64,000 nucleotides of DNA from a virus (Duplodnaviria; Caudoviricetes), in the IMG/VR virus record IMGVR_UViG_3300010401_000038, positions 489-64,488 of that record; one strand, 5' to 3'. Positions 17,225-27,045 of this stretch are shown here, one piece after another (position 1 is the stretch's first letter; each line of letters begins with the position of its first letter). Position numbers and translations under genes: made by a program. Below the pieces are notes generated by a model. The model ran no database searches. It had not been told where the DNA came from and saw nothing but the letters and a program-made list of their open reading frames with translations.

Positions 17225-17462
17225 CCAGCCCCCGCAGGGGCACGGAAACCCAGTAGACGCCCTCCGGTTCGGGGACGATGACATCCTTCGAGCGAGCCTC
17301 GAGTTTCGGTGTTGGATCTGCACCGGCGTCCACAGCGCGACGGTCACCTTCTCTCGCGTCGCGGGAGGATCCGGTATGCGCATCACGGAGGACGCCATCT
17401 TCGAGTGCGGCCGCAAGAGCCGGATGGTCTTCGGCGTGACCGACGGAGCGTACGACGCATGA
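17217..17462 (+). CDS. hypothetical protein
   Basis: Overlap-coupled; high GC3. Confidence 0.55.
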   Translation: MSDQPPQGHGNPVDALRFGDDDILRASLEFRCWICTGVHSATVTFSRVAGGSGMRITEDAIFECGRKSRMVFGVTDGAYDA

Positions 17463-17680
17463 GGCTCGCCAACCAGGTCAACAACCTGTACCGAACGCGC
17501 GGTGGCCGGCAAAGCGCGAACCGCATGAAGCGATGCGGCTTCGAGCGCGGTGGCCGGCCGAGGACCGAGCGGCCCGTGGCCGTCGCCGAGTTCCGGTGCG
17601 TCGGATGCGGCGCCGCGATGGACGGGGCGGCTTCCTTCTGCGACGGGTGCGTCGCCGGCGCGCCCCGTGTCCAAGACTGA
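17459..17680 (+). CDS. zinc-ribbon hypothetical protein
   Basis: CVGC...FCDGC; ATGA coupling. Confidence 0.5.
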   Translation: MRLANQVNNLYRTRGGRQSANRMKRCGFERGGRPRTERPVAVAEFRCVGCGAAMDGAASFCDGCVAGAPRVQD

Positions 17681-18068
17681 CCCCTTCGCGCGCCTCGACG
17701 AGAGCGAAATCGCCGCGGCCGTCCGCTCCGAGGCGGCCGCCGGGGCGAGGACCAATCCTGGCCCCGACCACCTAGCCGCGCTGTTCCGCAAGGCCATCCG
17801 AGAAATCCTCAACGAGGACGAGATCAAGAAGGCGATCCGGGCGCGCCTGCTCAGGGAGCTCAAGGGCGAGGTCGCGGCCCGCTTCGGCCCCGTGCTGATG
17901 AAGATCGGCGGGGGCAGCAAGACGGGCACGAAGGGCTCGAGGAAGTACGAGGGTCGAAAGGCCGAGGAGTTCGTGGGCTGGACAGTCGCGGAGAAGATTC
18001 GCTACTCTGAGACCGGCGAGAGGCCAGCCAGGCTCACCGCACCGGCGAGCCCAAAGGAGACGACATGA
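17667..18068 (+). CDS. helical basic protein, candidate terminase small subunit
   Basis: Size, helical pattern and position upstream of TerL; no diagnostic motif. Confidence 0.4.
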   Translation: MSKTDPFARLDESEIAAAVRSEAAAGARTNPGPDHLAALFRKAIREILNEDEIKKAIRARLLRELKGEVAARFGPVLMKIGGGSKTGTKGSRKYEGRKAEEFVGWTVAEKIRYSETGERPARLTAPASPKETT

Positions 18069-18418
18069 AGCGCCTTCCGTGGTTCCTCGTATTCGTCTGC
18101 TCCGTTCTCTGCGTTGCTCTCATGGGGGCCAGCAAGGGAACCATCCGCGGCGGCGACCCCGCCGTCGTCCTGACGACCATAGCGGCCGGCCCGACCGAGA
18201 CCTGCTCGACGCTCTCGAGGGAAATCACGGGATTCATCATCCACAATCGAACGGCGCACGACACGAAGGTCTGCTTCGTCGCCGGCTGCACGGCCTCGAG
18301 CTACATGACGCTCCTGGCCAACACCTACTGGCAGGCGGACATGTACCTGAAAAACGGCGACGTCGTCTGCTTCAACGGCACGGCCGCGGACGTCGTCGAG
18401 ATGGTGACCCTCCAGTGA
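18065..18418 (+). CDS. signal-peptide-bearing small beta-rich protein
   Basis: MKRLPWFLVFVCSVLCVALMGA; AAGGAG RBS; 4 Cys in mature part. Confidence 0.7.
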   Translation: MKRLPWFLVFVCSVLCVALMGASKGTIRGGDPAVVLTTIAAGPTETCSTLSREITGFIIHNRTAHDTKVCFVAGCTASSYMTLLANTYWQADMYLKNGDVVCFNGTAADVVEMVTLQ

Positions 18419-20472
18419 AACGCCTGCTCGCCGCGGTCCTCGCCTTCCTCGTAGCGACACCGTCCTTCGCGGTGACGAGCTACTACTTCTCGAATTGCGA
18501 CGGGAGCTACAGCGGCCCCGACTACGGGCGCGGCGATGTCGCGAGGGTCGACTCGACGATCAGCGCGTGCAGTCACAGCGAGGATGGGATCCACCCCATC
18601 AACGCCTGCCGGTGCAATGGAACGCTGGCCAACTGCAACGACCTGGTCGCCCTCGCGGGCACGGACAAGAGGAACCCGTACTGCCTCGCCCCGGCGGGGT
18701 TCAACGAATCGACCGGCGGATACGACTACACATCGTTCGCCGCGGTTGCCTCCGCCGCCAACATCCACGCCGGCGACACGTTCTATCTCTGCGCCGGGCA
18801 GTGCGATGGGCTCGGCTCGGCGACCTACCACGTCGGTCCGACCATCACGTCGGGGACGGGGAACGGGTCGCTTCTGGTGCCCCGAGTCTCTGGCTCGAAC
18901 GGGAGCCCCATCCAGATCCTGCCCTACTGTGAAAACGGGACGTGCGAGACGGTGACGATCAGCGGGGACAGCAACGGGAACGGGTCTTTCGACGCGGGCG
19001 AGATCCAGCACTTCATGACCAATGCCGCGCAGTCGCCGCAGAGCGCGGGGTCCGGCGCGACGATTAGTTACTGGACCATCGACGGCGATCCGCTCGGAAC
19101 CGCGACGCACCACATCATCTTCGACAAGTGCGACGGGATCGGCATCGAGCTCGACTACACCGACCCAGGCGGCGGGGACCAGAATAACCACGATGGCGTG
19201 GCCAACGTCACGTTCAAGCACTTCGACGTCATGGAGACCGGGGCGAGGATCTGGGGAAAGGCCGATCTTGAGGCCGCGAATTGCGACTCGAACAGCGCCA
19301 ACAGCCAGTGGTTCGCGTTCAAGATCAACAACTCAGGTGGCCCAGTCGTCCTCCAGGACCTCCTCCTGAAACACATCTGCGGCGTCGGCGTGCGCTACAA
19401 CAATAACAACGACGCCTCCGCATCGCTCCTGGCGGACGGGATCCGATTCGAGGATGTCGTCTACCTGACGAACGACAACAACTTCAACGTGAACACCTCG
19501 AGTACGACCTCCTACCACGTCGCCCCGGCGGCCTCGATCACCTACCAGAACTGCGAGGCGCACGGGTTCATCTACGGCATCCAGGAGGAGGACAATATCC
19601 ACAATCTGACCGTCCAGGACAATCGCCTCTACTGCGACGGTCTCTACCGGACCGACCCCTACTGTTCGTACCCCGGCAACTACAGTTGCCTCACGGGAAT
19701 CTCGATGACGGACGGTGACACCCCGCCGTGCACGGGAGACTGCTGGAGCGACAACTACATCATCCGGCGCAACACGGTCATCGGGACCGGGAACAAGGGA
19801 AGCATCGGTGACCTCTGGACCGGCATCGCCTTCGGCGTCACGAATCGCGGCAACGGGGTGACGGCGCTCATCGAGAACAACACGGTGTCCGGTGCCAACG
19901 ACGGGTGCGACGGAACGGGACAGGCCGCGGGTCTGAGCATCAACACGGCGGAGGCCGGCGTCGTGGCCCGCAACAACTCCATCTCCAGCCCGACATCGAT
20001 CCCTGGCGGGACGGCGCACACGCTCTACATCAACGGACACGACATCTCGTTCACGAACAACATCGTCTCGGGCGGCGCGACGACCCCGTACGCCAACTTC
20101 ACGTCCTCGGCGGCCGGGTCGACCATCACGACGAACGACTTCTACGCCGGCGCTGGTCTGAACCTCCTGCGCGTCAACGCGACGAATTACACCTGCGCGA
20201 CCATCCCGACGCTGCAGACCGGGAACATCTGCTCGAAGCCCAGCTTCTCCGTTGACCCTTCCTCCACGGACGTGCCCGCCAGCCTGGCTCTGTGGGGATC
20301 CCAGGCGTGCGTCGACGCTGGCGCCTCCTGCTCGACGGACGACCTGCAGGGAACCACGAGACCGATCGGGTCGGCGTGCGACATCGGCGCCTTCGAGTAC
20401 CTGGCCCCCGTGTCGACGACGAAACCTTCCCCCGTCACCTACTGCCCGGGAGTCTTCGGGCCGTCCCAGTAG
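18415..20472 (+). CDS. signal-peptide-bearing, Cys-rich right-handed beta-helix protein with choice-of-anchor-Q-like C-terminus
   Basis: MKRLLAAVLAFLVATPSFA; IRRNTV/IENNTV/ARNNSI/FTNNIV repeats; DLQGTTRPIGSACDIGAFEY; about 26 Cys. Confidence 0.8.
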   Translation: MKRLLAAVLAFLVATPSFAVTSYYFSNCDGSYSGPDYGRGDVARVDSTISACSHSEDGIHPINACRCNGTLANCNDLVALAGTDKRNPYCLAPAGFNESTGGYDYTSFAAVASAANIHAGDTFYLCAGQCDGLGSATYHVGPTITSGTGNGSLLVPRVSGSNGSPIQILPYCENGTCETVTISGDSNGNGSFDAGEIQHFMTNAAQSPQSAGSGATISYWTIDGDPLGTATHHIIFDKCDGIGIELDYTDPGGGDQNNHDGVANVTFKHFDVMETGARIWGKADLEAANCDSNSANSQWFAFKINNSGGPVVLQDLLLKHICGVGVRYNNNNDASASLLADGIRFEDVVYLTNDNNFNVNTSSTTSYHVAPAASITYQNCEAHGFIYGIQEEDNIHNLTVQDNRLYCDGLYRTDPYCSYPGNYSCLTGISMTDGDTPPCTGDCWSDNYIIRRNTVIGTGNKGSIGDLWTGIAFGVTNRGNGVTALIENNTVSGANDGCDGTGQAAGLSINTAEAGVVARNNSISSPTSIPGGTAHTLYINGHDISFTNNIVSGGATTPYANFTSSAAGSTITTNDFYAGAGLNLLRVNATNYTCATIPTLQTGNICSKPSFSVDPSSTDVPASLALWGSQACVDAGASCSTDDLQGTTRPIGSACDIGAFEYLAPVSTTKPSPVTYCPGVFGPSQ

Positions 20473-20474
20473 AC

Positions 20475-22163
20475 GTGCCTCCACCATCCGCACGCGACCG
20501 CCAGGCGGCCCTCGAGTCGGCCGAGCGCGAGATGTTCGCCGCCGACCCCTGGTGGGCGATCGAGAAGGGCTACGTCTTCACCGAGGACGAGCACGCCGCC
20601 AAGGGAGAGTCCGCCCGCAAGCCGTTCCCGAAGTGCGACTACCTCAAGTTCATCGTGCGCATCTATCAGGAGCGCGACGTCGGGCTGATCATGAAGGCCC
20701 GCCAGCTCCGCATGACGTGGCTGTTCTGCTACCTCCTGCTCCACAAGGCGATCACGAAGCCCGGAGCTCTGTGCGTCGCGCAGGGGAAGCGCGAGGAGGA
20801 CATCCTCGCCAAGGGGACCAAGGGGCTCATGGGCCGCATCAAGTTCATGCGGCGCAACCTGCCGAAGCACCTGCAGCCCGTTCTCCTCGAGGAACCCTCC
20901 AAGGCGTCCGAGGTCTACGCCCACGAGAGCGGCATGAGCTCGACGATCATGGCGATCCCGCAGGGAGCCGACATCATCCGGTCCCTGACCGCGACCGACG
21001 TGTTCATGGACGAGCTCGCGTTCCATCCGAACGGCGAGGCGGCCTGGACCGCGGCGCTGCCGACGGTGCGCGGCGGCGGCAAGCTGTGGGGTGTAACCAC
21101 GCCGAACGGTCGCGAGTTCTGCTACCTCCAGGCCGACGCCCGCATGAAGTGGGAGAGCTGGCGCGAGTGGCCGTCGGTCATGGAGGGCCTCCACGGCTAC
21201 CAGACCGCGAACGGCGTCCAACTCATCGCCCTGCACTACACCGCCGACCCGGAGAAGCGGTCCTACGAATACCAGGACACGATCCGTCGCGGCTACACCA
21301 ACCCGAAATACTACCGCCGAGAGAACGAGCTCGATTTCTCCGTCGAGGAGGGCGAAGGGGTTTTCCAGAACGAGTTCAAGCGCGAGTCCCATGTCCTCAA
21401 GGCGCGCTACGTCCTCAATCCGATCGCGCCCCTCTACCGCGGCTGGGACTTCGGATACAACGGCCAGGCGTGCGTGTTCATGCAACACAACAGCCGCGGG
21501 CAACTGGTCTGGTTCGACACCGTGTTCGCGCAGGGCAAGGCGCTCTCCCTCGTGTGCGTTGAGGTGATTCGGCGCACGCTGATGCACGCCGGGATTGCCT
21601 CCGAGAAGGGGATCGTCCAGCACGTCCCGCTCCCGCTCAAGGATCTCGAGGGGAACGTGATCGACAACATGAAGCTGACGCAGCCGGTCATCGGCGGGAT
21701 CGGGCTCATGGTATTCGACTACGGCGACCCGGCGGCCGACGCCAAGAACCGCGAGGGCACGACCGACCGGGACACGCTCTCCAGGTTCGGTATGACGCTC
21801 CTGACGAAGCCGACCCAGAACCGGAAGCGTGACATCGTCGACCAGGTGCGCGACATGCTGCTGCTGCGCAGCGACGGGGCACCCGGGCTCATCGTGTGCG
21901 ACGGGCCGGCGCAGGAGCAGTCGTTCGTGATCGCCGGGTTCGAGGGCGGCTACCACTGGCCGGCGCGCAACAGCGGCCGCGCCGACAAGATGCTCCCCCA
22001 GAAAGACGGCTTCTTCGATCACATCTTCGACGCCTGCCAGTACCTCGTCGACCACGTCAAACCCATCCGCCCGGGACTGCTCGCAGACGATTCGGCGGAC
22101 ACGGACTGGCGCGCGCCGGAGTGGGCGGACAATCCGCTTCGAGGAGACTTCTCATCCGAATAA
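20475..22163 (+). CDS. terL: terminase large subunit
   Basis: KARQLRMTW, VFMDELAF, VTTPNG, GWDFG, YGDPA, DHIFDACQY. Confidence 0.93.
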   Translation: MPPPSARDRQAALESAEREMFAADPWWAIEKGYVFTEDEHAAKGESARKPFPKCDYLKFIVRIYQERDVGLIMKARQLRMTWLFCYLLLHKAITKPGALCVAQGKREEDILAKGTKGLMGRIKFMRRNLPKHLQPVLLEEPSKASEVYAHESGMSSTIMAIPQGADIIRSLTATDVFMDELAFHPNGEAAWTAALPTVRGGGKLWGVTTPNGREFCYLQADARMKWESWREWPSVMEGLHGYQTANGVQLIALHYTADPEKRSYEYQDTIRRGYTNPKYYRRENELDFSVEEGEGVFQNEFKRESHVLKARYVLNPIAPLYRGWDFGYNGQACVFMQHNSRGQLVWFDTVFAQGKALSLVCVEVIRRTLMHAGIASEKGIVQHVPLPLKDLEGNVIDNMKLTQPVIGGIGLMVFDYGDPAADAKNREGTTDRDTLSRFGMTLLTKPTQNRKRDIVDQVRDMLLLRSDGAPGLIVCDGPAQEQSFVIAGFEGGYHWPARNSGRADKMLPQKDGFFDHIFDACQYLVDHVKPIRPGLLADDSADTDWRAPEWADNPLRGDFSSE

Positions 22164-22546
22164 GGCGCTGGCCCGAACACCTACGCAAGAACCCCGAGCG
22201 GCGCCGGCGGCTGCGGCGGATGGCCCGTGGCCTGCGCGGCTACTACGGCGAGCCGGTCTACCTCTGCGGGTCCGCGCTCCTCGACTGCAACGCCGACCCG
22301 CGAGACTGGGACGTGAGGATCGGTCTGCGCGACGCGGACTTCAAGCGCAGGTACGGAAACCCGGACGAGTTCAGGAAGAACCAGAGCAGTGGAAATTGGA
22401 CGCGGGTCAACTGGCGATGGTCGTACGACTGCGTGAAGCAGTCCAAGGACAGCTACAACCGCACCCAGCTCAACGTCGACCTCCAGACGCAGACCTGGAG
22501 AACGTGGAGGGCGTACCGGCACATGCCGAGATTCCAGCTCGCATGA
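22121..22546 (+). CDS. minimal Pol-beta-type nucleotidyltransferase-like protein (start uncertain)
   Basis: VYLCGSA...RDWDVRI ... NVDLQ. Confidence 0.55.
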   Translation: MGGQSASRRLLIRIRRWPEHLRKNPERRRRLRRMARGLRGYYGEPVYLCGSALLDCNADPRDWDVRIGLRDADFKRRYGNPDEFRKNQSSGNWTRVNWRWSYDCVKQSKDSYNRTQLNVDLQTQTWRTWRAYRHMPRFQLA

Positions 22547-22863
22547 GCGGCGTCTTCCTGACCGTCTTCCGTCCCGGCCGGTCCTCGTGGCTCGTCGACC
22601 TCCTCGGGATCTCGCGATTCGCCATGCACGACATCATCAACGACACGACGGGAGAACTGCGGCGCCAGGCTCTCGGGCGGTACAAGACCGTCCTTCGTCT
22701 CGAGCGGCGCCAGCGCCGGCGTGAGCGCGTCGAGAAGTGGCTGTTCATCCGGGATCTGCGCCGCCTCTACAGAGAGAACCAAGCCTATCAGCGTGCCGCC
22801 GGAGACGCCCCTGGACTACCGGCGCTTGACAGACCGAAGAAGGGGGCCGATACTCCGCCGTGA
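22543..22863 (+). CDS. hypothetical protein
   Basis: ATGA coupling; high GC3. Confidence 0.55.
   Translation: MSGVFLTVFRPGRSSWLVDLLGISRFAMHDIINDTTGELRRQALGRYKTVLRLERRQRRRERVEKWLFIRDLRRLYRENQAYQRAAGDAPGLPALDRPKKGADTPP
22826..22854 (+). promoter_or_regulatory. promoter TTGACA-N17-GATACT upstream of head genes
   Basis: Consensus -35 with 17-nt spacer. Confidence 0.55.
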
Positions 22864-22891
22864 CGAAGTCCCCTGACGGGAGGACACGACG

Positions 22892-23146
22892 ATGATCGGA
22901 TCGAAGGTCGCGCAGGCGGAAAACCCGAACACCGGACCCTACGAGGCGTCGAGCGTCGAGGGGGCCGCGTCCGGAGACATGGGCGGATCGTCCGCGGGCC
23001 AGCCGTCCTTCCCGCAGAACGGCGCCTACGAGAACAAGGTCGCGAGCTTCGGGAACTACCCGCACGGCTCGCCCGACCCCGAGCTCGACGGCCCGCCCCT
23101 CGCGAGCCCGGCGACGCAGGCCACCGCCGCGCAGCAGCCGAAGTAA
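22892..23146 (+). CDS. low-complexity hypothetical protein
   Basis: GGAGGA RBS. Confidence 0.6.
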   Translation: MIGSKVAQAENPNTGPYEASSVEGAASGDMGGSSAGQPSFPQNGAYENKVASFGNYPHGSPDPELDGPPLASPATQATAAQQPK

Positions 23147-23152
23147 GGCGCC

Positions 23153-23476
23153 ATGAGCAAGGCCGCGGACGCGATCATCGGCGAGGAGCTCGCCGATCTC
23201 CAGAACGTGAAACGCGACTCCTTCGGCGTCATGACGCAGCCCACGTACGAAGACGCCTGTGAGGCGATGGGGAACGGCACGGTCAACGTCGAGAGCGGGA
23301 TGAACGACCCCGCCTACGACCCGCCGGTCAGCCAGGCGCAGAACGCCGCGATGCACGCCGCGGCGGCCGGCCACTCCACCCTGGGAATCCCGAGAAGCGT
23401 CGGCGAGGACTACGTCGCCGCCGCGCACGGCACGAAGGTCGGCAATCTGCCGAAGCACGTCCGCCACAAGTCCTGA
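23153..23476 (+). CDS. hypothetical phage protein (SQAQNAAMHAAAAGHSTLGIP motif)
   Basis: Motif seen in small head-region proteins. Confidence 0.6.
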   Translation: MSKAADAIIGEELADLQNVKRDSFGVMTQPTYEDACEAMGNGTVNVESGMNDPAYDPPVSQAQNAAMHAAAAGHSTLGIPRSVGEDYVAAAHGTKVGNLPKHVRHKS

Positions 23477-23489
23477 CCGGAGGCGCCGG

Positions 23490-24020
23490 ATGCCGCGCTA
23501 CAAAATCGAGTTCGTCTGCAACTGGGAGCCGCGCAAGCGCGGCATGGCCGAGGTCGCCATCCGGAAGTGGCTCGCGAACATGGGCGGCGTCAGCGAGCTC
23601 GACCGTCTCAGAATGGAGGAGGTCGGAGCGCCCGAGCAGCCGGCGCTCCGGATGCTCCGCCTCACCTGCGCGCAGCCGGCCGGGAAGGGAAAGGCGAAAT
23701 CGATCTGCGGGCAGACTTGGCAGAACCCGACGTTCACGCCCTGCCCGAAGTGCAACGGCCGCGCGTTCGTCACGAAGGTCGCCGAGGCGGACTACGAAAA
23801 GCACCCGCTCACCGACGCGCCGCCCGAGCCGGCCCCCGGGGATCCGAAGGCGCCGCCGGCGGAGCCTCCCAAGCCGCCGACCGTCGAGGTCGTCGAGCCC
23901 GAGAAGGACCTCCCGAAACCAGTCGAGGTCCCGCCGGGCACCCCCGAGACGCAGCTCCCCCCGGCCGTCGTCAGCCAACGCGCCCAGGAGGAGGAGAGTT
24001 ACCGCGCTCCTAACTGGTAA
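23490..24020 (+). CDS. zinc-ribbon protein with Pro-rich tail
   Basis: GGAGG RBS; C...CG...CPKC. Confidence 0.6.
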   Translation: MPRYKIEFVCNWEPRKRGMAEVAIRKWLANMGGVSELDRLRMEEVGAPEQPALRMLRLTCAQPAGKGKAKSICGQTWQNPTFTPCPKCNGRAFVTKVAEADYEKHPLTDAPPEPAPGDPKAPPAEPPKPPTVEVVEPEKDLPKPVEVPPGTPETQLPPAVVSQRAQEEESYRAPNW

Positions 24021-26146
24021 TGGCCCTCGAAGAAATCGGCCTCAGTCCACAGGTCGCGACCAGCAGCCTCCCGCAGTTCAGCCAGAGCCGTAGCTGGCAA
24101 CGCTTCCCGCTGACCGGCCCGCTCAACGAGCGTCTCGCGACCCTCATCTCGACCCGCGCCAAGGACTCGCTCAACTACTGCCAGGCGCGCTTCGAGCGGT
24201 TCGCCCGCTACGACAAGATCCTCCAGATGATGTCGAAGCGGAAGCCGTACGAGTGGAAGGCGAACGTCTACCTGCCGTACGCGCTGATGGCTGCGGAGCA
24301 GAGCGCCGCGATCAAGTTTCAGAAGATGGCCCAGCTCCGGCCGATGGTCGGGATCGAGCCCCTCAAGGGCGGAAGCCCGGAAGTCGCCGACCACCGCGAG
24401 GCGCTCCTGTCCTGGCACTTCTGCAACGACATGCCGATGGATTTCGTCCTGCCCGACGTGCTGCGCAACTGCGAGCGGTACGGCAAGGCCGTCGCCCTCA
24501 TCGCGCCGGACTGGGACCTCAAGACGATTCGCTTCCGCGAGAAGGTGAACATCCCGACATCGTACGGCCCGATCGCGCGCATGGAGTGGAAGACGACCAG
24601 CGAGCGCGCCTACCGTCTCCGGCTCCAGAACCTCGACCTCGTGACCCTGCGCCCGCAGCCCGGGAAGCAGAACATCAACGGCGTCGATGGCATGGACTAC
24701 TTCATCCGCGAGTACTTCATCCCGCTCGAGACGATCGAGGAGATGGAGCAGGATGGCCTGTGGGGTCCTCTCGTGGGCGGTCAGTCGTCCGCGATGATCG
24801 GGCACACGTCGGACTACCCGGTGAACGAGTGGGTGCAGCGGCGCCTGATGCTCCTCAACCGGACGACGATCGATTTCTCGTCGGACCAGTTCGATCGCTA
24901 CGTGAAGGTCCTCGAGTACCAGGGCCGCGTGCCGATGGAGTGTGTCGACGACCAGCTATCCCAGATGGAGCAGCAGGCCGGACTGGACCCGCGCTTCCGT
25001 CTGGTGACCTGCGTGAACGACCGCGTGATCGGCATCAACCAGGCGCTCCCGTGGGACCACGGGTTCAAGTCGTTCGTCGAGATGGACTGCATCCCGAACA
25101 CGGGCGACTTCTGGAGTGTCGGGAAGGTCGAGCCGATCGAGCACCTCGTCTACGCCGGCAACGAGATCCTCAACATGAGGATCGACAACGTGAAGGCCGC
25201 GATCAACAGCATGATCGGCGTCGACGGGACGCGGATGCCGCCCGGCTGGAAGCGCAAGCTCGTCAGCCAGCCCTTCGGTGTCCACGAGACCAACGGGCCC
25301 CCGAACGAGATCATCCAGCGCCTCCAGCTCGGCGACGTCACCGCGAGCTCGTCGGCCGAGCAGATGCAGATTTTCGGCCTGATCCAGGAGGCCGACTCGG
25401 TCAACGAGACAACCCTCGGGATTACCGGAGGATCGGTCCGCACCCTCGGGGAGCAACAGCTCAAGGCGGGCGCCGCCGGTACGCGCCTCAACTTCGAGCT
25501 CGCGCGCCAGTCGTTCCAGTTCCTCTCCGCGAGCAAGGACCGGCCCGGGCTCATCTACATGGCGCTGATGCTGGACCGTCAGTACATGCCGCTGGGTCAG
25601 GCGTTCAGCATCATGCAGCCTGGCGTTCCCGACTCCATGATGCAATTCACGCTCGAGCCGGCGGACCTGTCCGACGACCTCGACCGCTACGAGTTCATCT
25701 ACCCCGGCACGCCGCAGGCGCTCTTGATGCAGGACCGCCGCCTTGAGCTCACGGGCCTCCTGCAGACGCTCGCGCCCTACGTGCCGATCCTCCAGGCCGC
25801 CGGCGCCGACATGATCGACCTGTTCAAACAGGTCCTCCGCGCGTACAACGTCGACACGAGCCGGATGTTCCGCCTCCCGGTCGGCATCAACCCCGTGAAC
25901 CAGGGGATGCTCGCCGCCGCCGGCGGCCCCCCAGGCCCGGGCGGCCCGGGCGCGCCAATGGGGCCCGCCCCCGGAGCGCCGCCGCCGAACGTGGCGCCCA
26001 TGCGGCCGCGTGGCGTCGCGGGCGGCCCGATGCGCCCCGACCAGCGCGCGCGCCCGGGAACCCTGATCGCCCCGCCGTGGCACGGGACGGGCATGGGCGC
26101 GCCGGGATTCCAGCGCATCGCCAACAGGGGGCCGAATGTCGAGTAA
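24020..26146 (+). CDS. portal protein (podovirus P22/SU10-like)
   Basis: 708 aa between TerL and capsid; RYGKAV, FWSVGKVEPI, NEILNMRIDN; disordered Pro/Gly tail. Confidence 0.85.
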   Translation: MALEEIGLSPQVATSSLPQFSQSRSWQRFPLTGPLNERLATLISTRAKDSLNYCQARFERFARYDKILQMMSKRKPYEWKANVYLPYALMAAEQSAAIKFQKMAQLRPMVGIEPLKGGSPEVADHREALLSWHFCNDMPMDFVLPDVLRNCERYGKAVALIAPDWDLKTIRFREKVNIPTSYGPIARMEWKTTSERAYRLRLQNLDLVTLRPQPGKQNINGVDGMDYFIREYFIPLETIEEMEQDGLWGPLVGGQSSAMIGHTSDYPVNEWVQRRLMLLNRTTIDFSSDQFDRYVKVLEYQGRVPMECVDDQLSQMEQQAGLDPRFRLVTCVNDRVIGINQALPWDHGFKSFVEMDCIPNTGDFWSVGKVEPIEHLVYAGNEILNMRIDNVKAAINSMIGVDGTRMPPGWKRKLVSQPFGVHETNGPPNEIIQRLQLGDVTASSSAEQMQIFGLIQEADSVNETTLGITGGSVRTLGEQQLKAGAAGTRLNFELARQSFQFLSASKDRPGLIYMALMLDRQYMPLGQAFSIMQPGVPDSMMQFTLEPADLSDDLDRYEFIYPGTPQALLMQDRRLELTGLLQTLAPYVPILQAAGADMIDLFKQVLRAYNVDTSRMFRLPVGINPVNQGMLAAAGGPPGPGGPGAPMGPAPGAPPPNVAPMRPRGVAGGPMRPDQRARPGTLIAPPWHGTGMGAPGFQRIANRGPNVE

Positions 26147-26447
26147 CGACGACCTCGACGCGCTGCGCGAGGAGTACCAGACGATCCAGACCCTCGGGCA
26201 CCGCATCCGCGCCGAGCGGTACCACTCGCTATTCGACGGCTACGCGCGCCGCCTGGCCCTCGAGAAACTCAGCCCGGGCGATCCGGAGTTCGGGCGGCTG
26301 CAGGGGCGGTGCGAGATGCTCAAGGAGCTTCTCGAGTACGATGCGAAGGTCGTCGAGGAGTGGGAGCGGCACGTCGCGGGCGAGGAACGCGAGGAAGAAG
26401 TCATCGAGGGCGGCCCGGTGGCGCCCAATTACGAGGCGGCTCGCTAG
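26136..26447 (+). CDS. small helical protein following portal
   Basis: RLQGRCEML motif and position. Confidence 0.6.
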   Translation: MSSNDDLDALREEYQTIQTLGHRIRAERYHSLFDGYARRLALEKLSPGDPEFGRLQGRCEMLKELLEYDAKVVEEWERHVAGEEREEEVIEGGPVAPNYEAAR

Positions 26448-26456
26448 GAGGCCAGC

Positions 26457-26774
26457 ATGTCGACGCACATCACCGAGAGGCTCAAGGTCGGAAGGATGGG
26501 GGCGGAGATCCGCGAGATTGTCCACGGCTCCGTTACGATCGACATGCCGAGTATCAACGCCGGCGCCGTCGCGAGTGCGAGCGCCGCGGCCGGCGGTCTC
26601 CGCACGACGATGAAGGTGTTCGTGTCGGGAAGCAACTGGCAGCTCCCCGCGGCCCTCATGGGGGCACAGTGCCTCGCGGACGACGTGATCACCGTCTGGC
26701 TGGGGAACAACGCGACGGGTGCCGTCGACTCGGGATCCGCCGTCAACATCGACTACCTGGCCTTCCGGCCATGA
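26457..26774 (+). CDS. putative capsid decoration protein (paralogue 1 of 4)
   Basis: EIREIVHGSVTI..SINA...ASASAA...YLAFR shared with 29924-31084 genes. Confidence 0.6.
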   Translation: MSTHITERLKVGRMGAEIREIVHGSVTIDMPSINAGAVASASAAAGGLRTTMKVFVSGSNWQLPAALMGAQCLADDVITVWLGNNATGAVDSGSAVNIDYLAFRP

Positions 26775-26971
26775 ACGACGACGACATCACCTGCGCGCTG
26801 TGGCACGACGACCCTCCGGACCGCGTGTCGCTCGAGGAGGATCGCGAGCGCGGCGCCGCGGAAGACGCGCGCCGACAGCACGAGGAACGCCTGAGCCGCA
26901 TCATGTTCGAGAGGTTCGGGGGGCACTTCGATCGGGAGGGTCGCCTCATCGCTCCGATCAAGCTCTATTGA
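26771..26971 (+). CDS. hypothetical acidic protein
   Basis: ATGA coupling. Confidence 0.5.
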   Translation: MNDDDITCALWHDDPPDRVSLEEDRERGAAEDARRQHEERLSRIMFERFGGHFDREGRLIAPIKLY

Positions 26972-26996
26972 CAACGCGCAGAAGGGCTCCTATCTT
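26968..26996 (+). promoter_or_regulatory. promoter TTGACA-N17-TATCTT for scaffold/capsid genes
   Basis: Same CTCC-TATCTT -10 context as 56630 promoter. Confidence 0.7.
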
Positions 26997-27045
26997 CTGA
27001 CCGACCTGAGCCCCCGGCACCGCCGGACACGGCGAAGGAGTCGCA

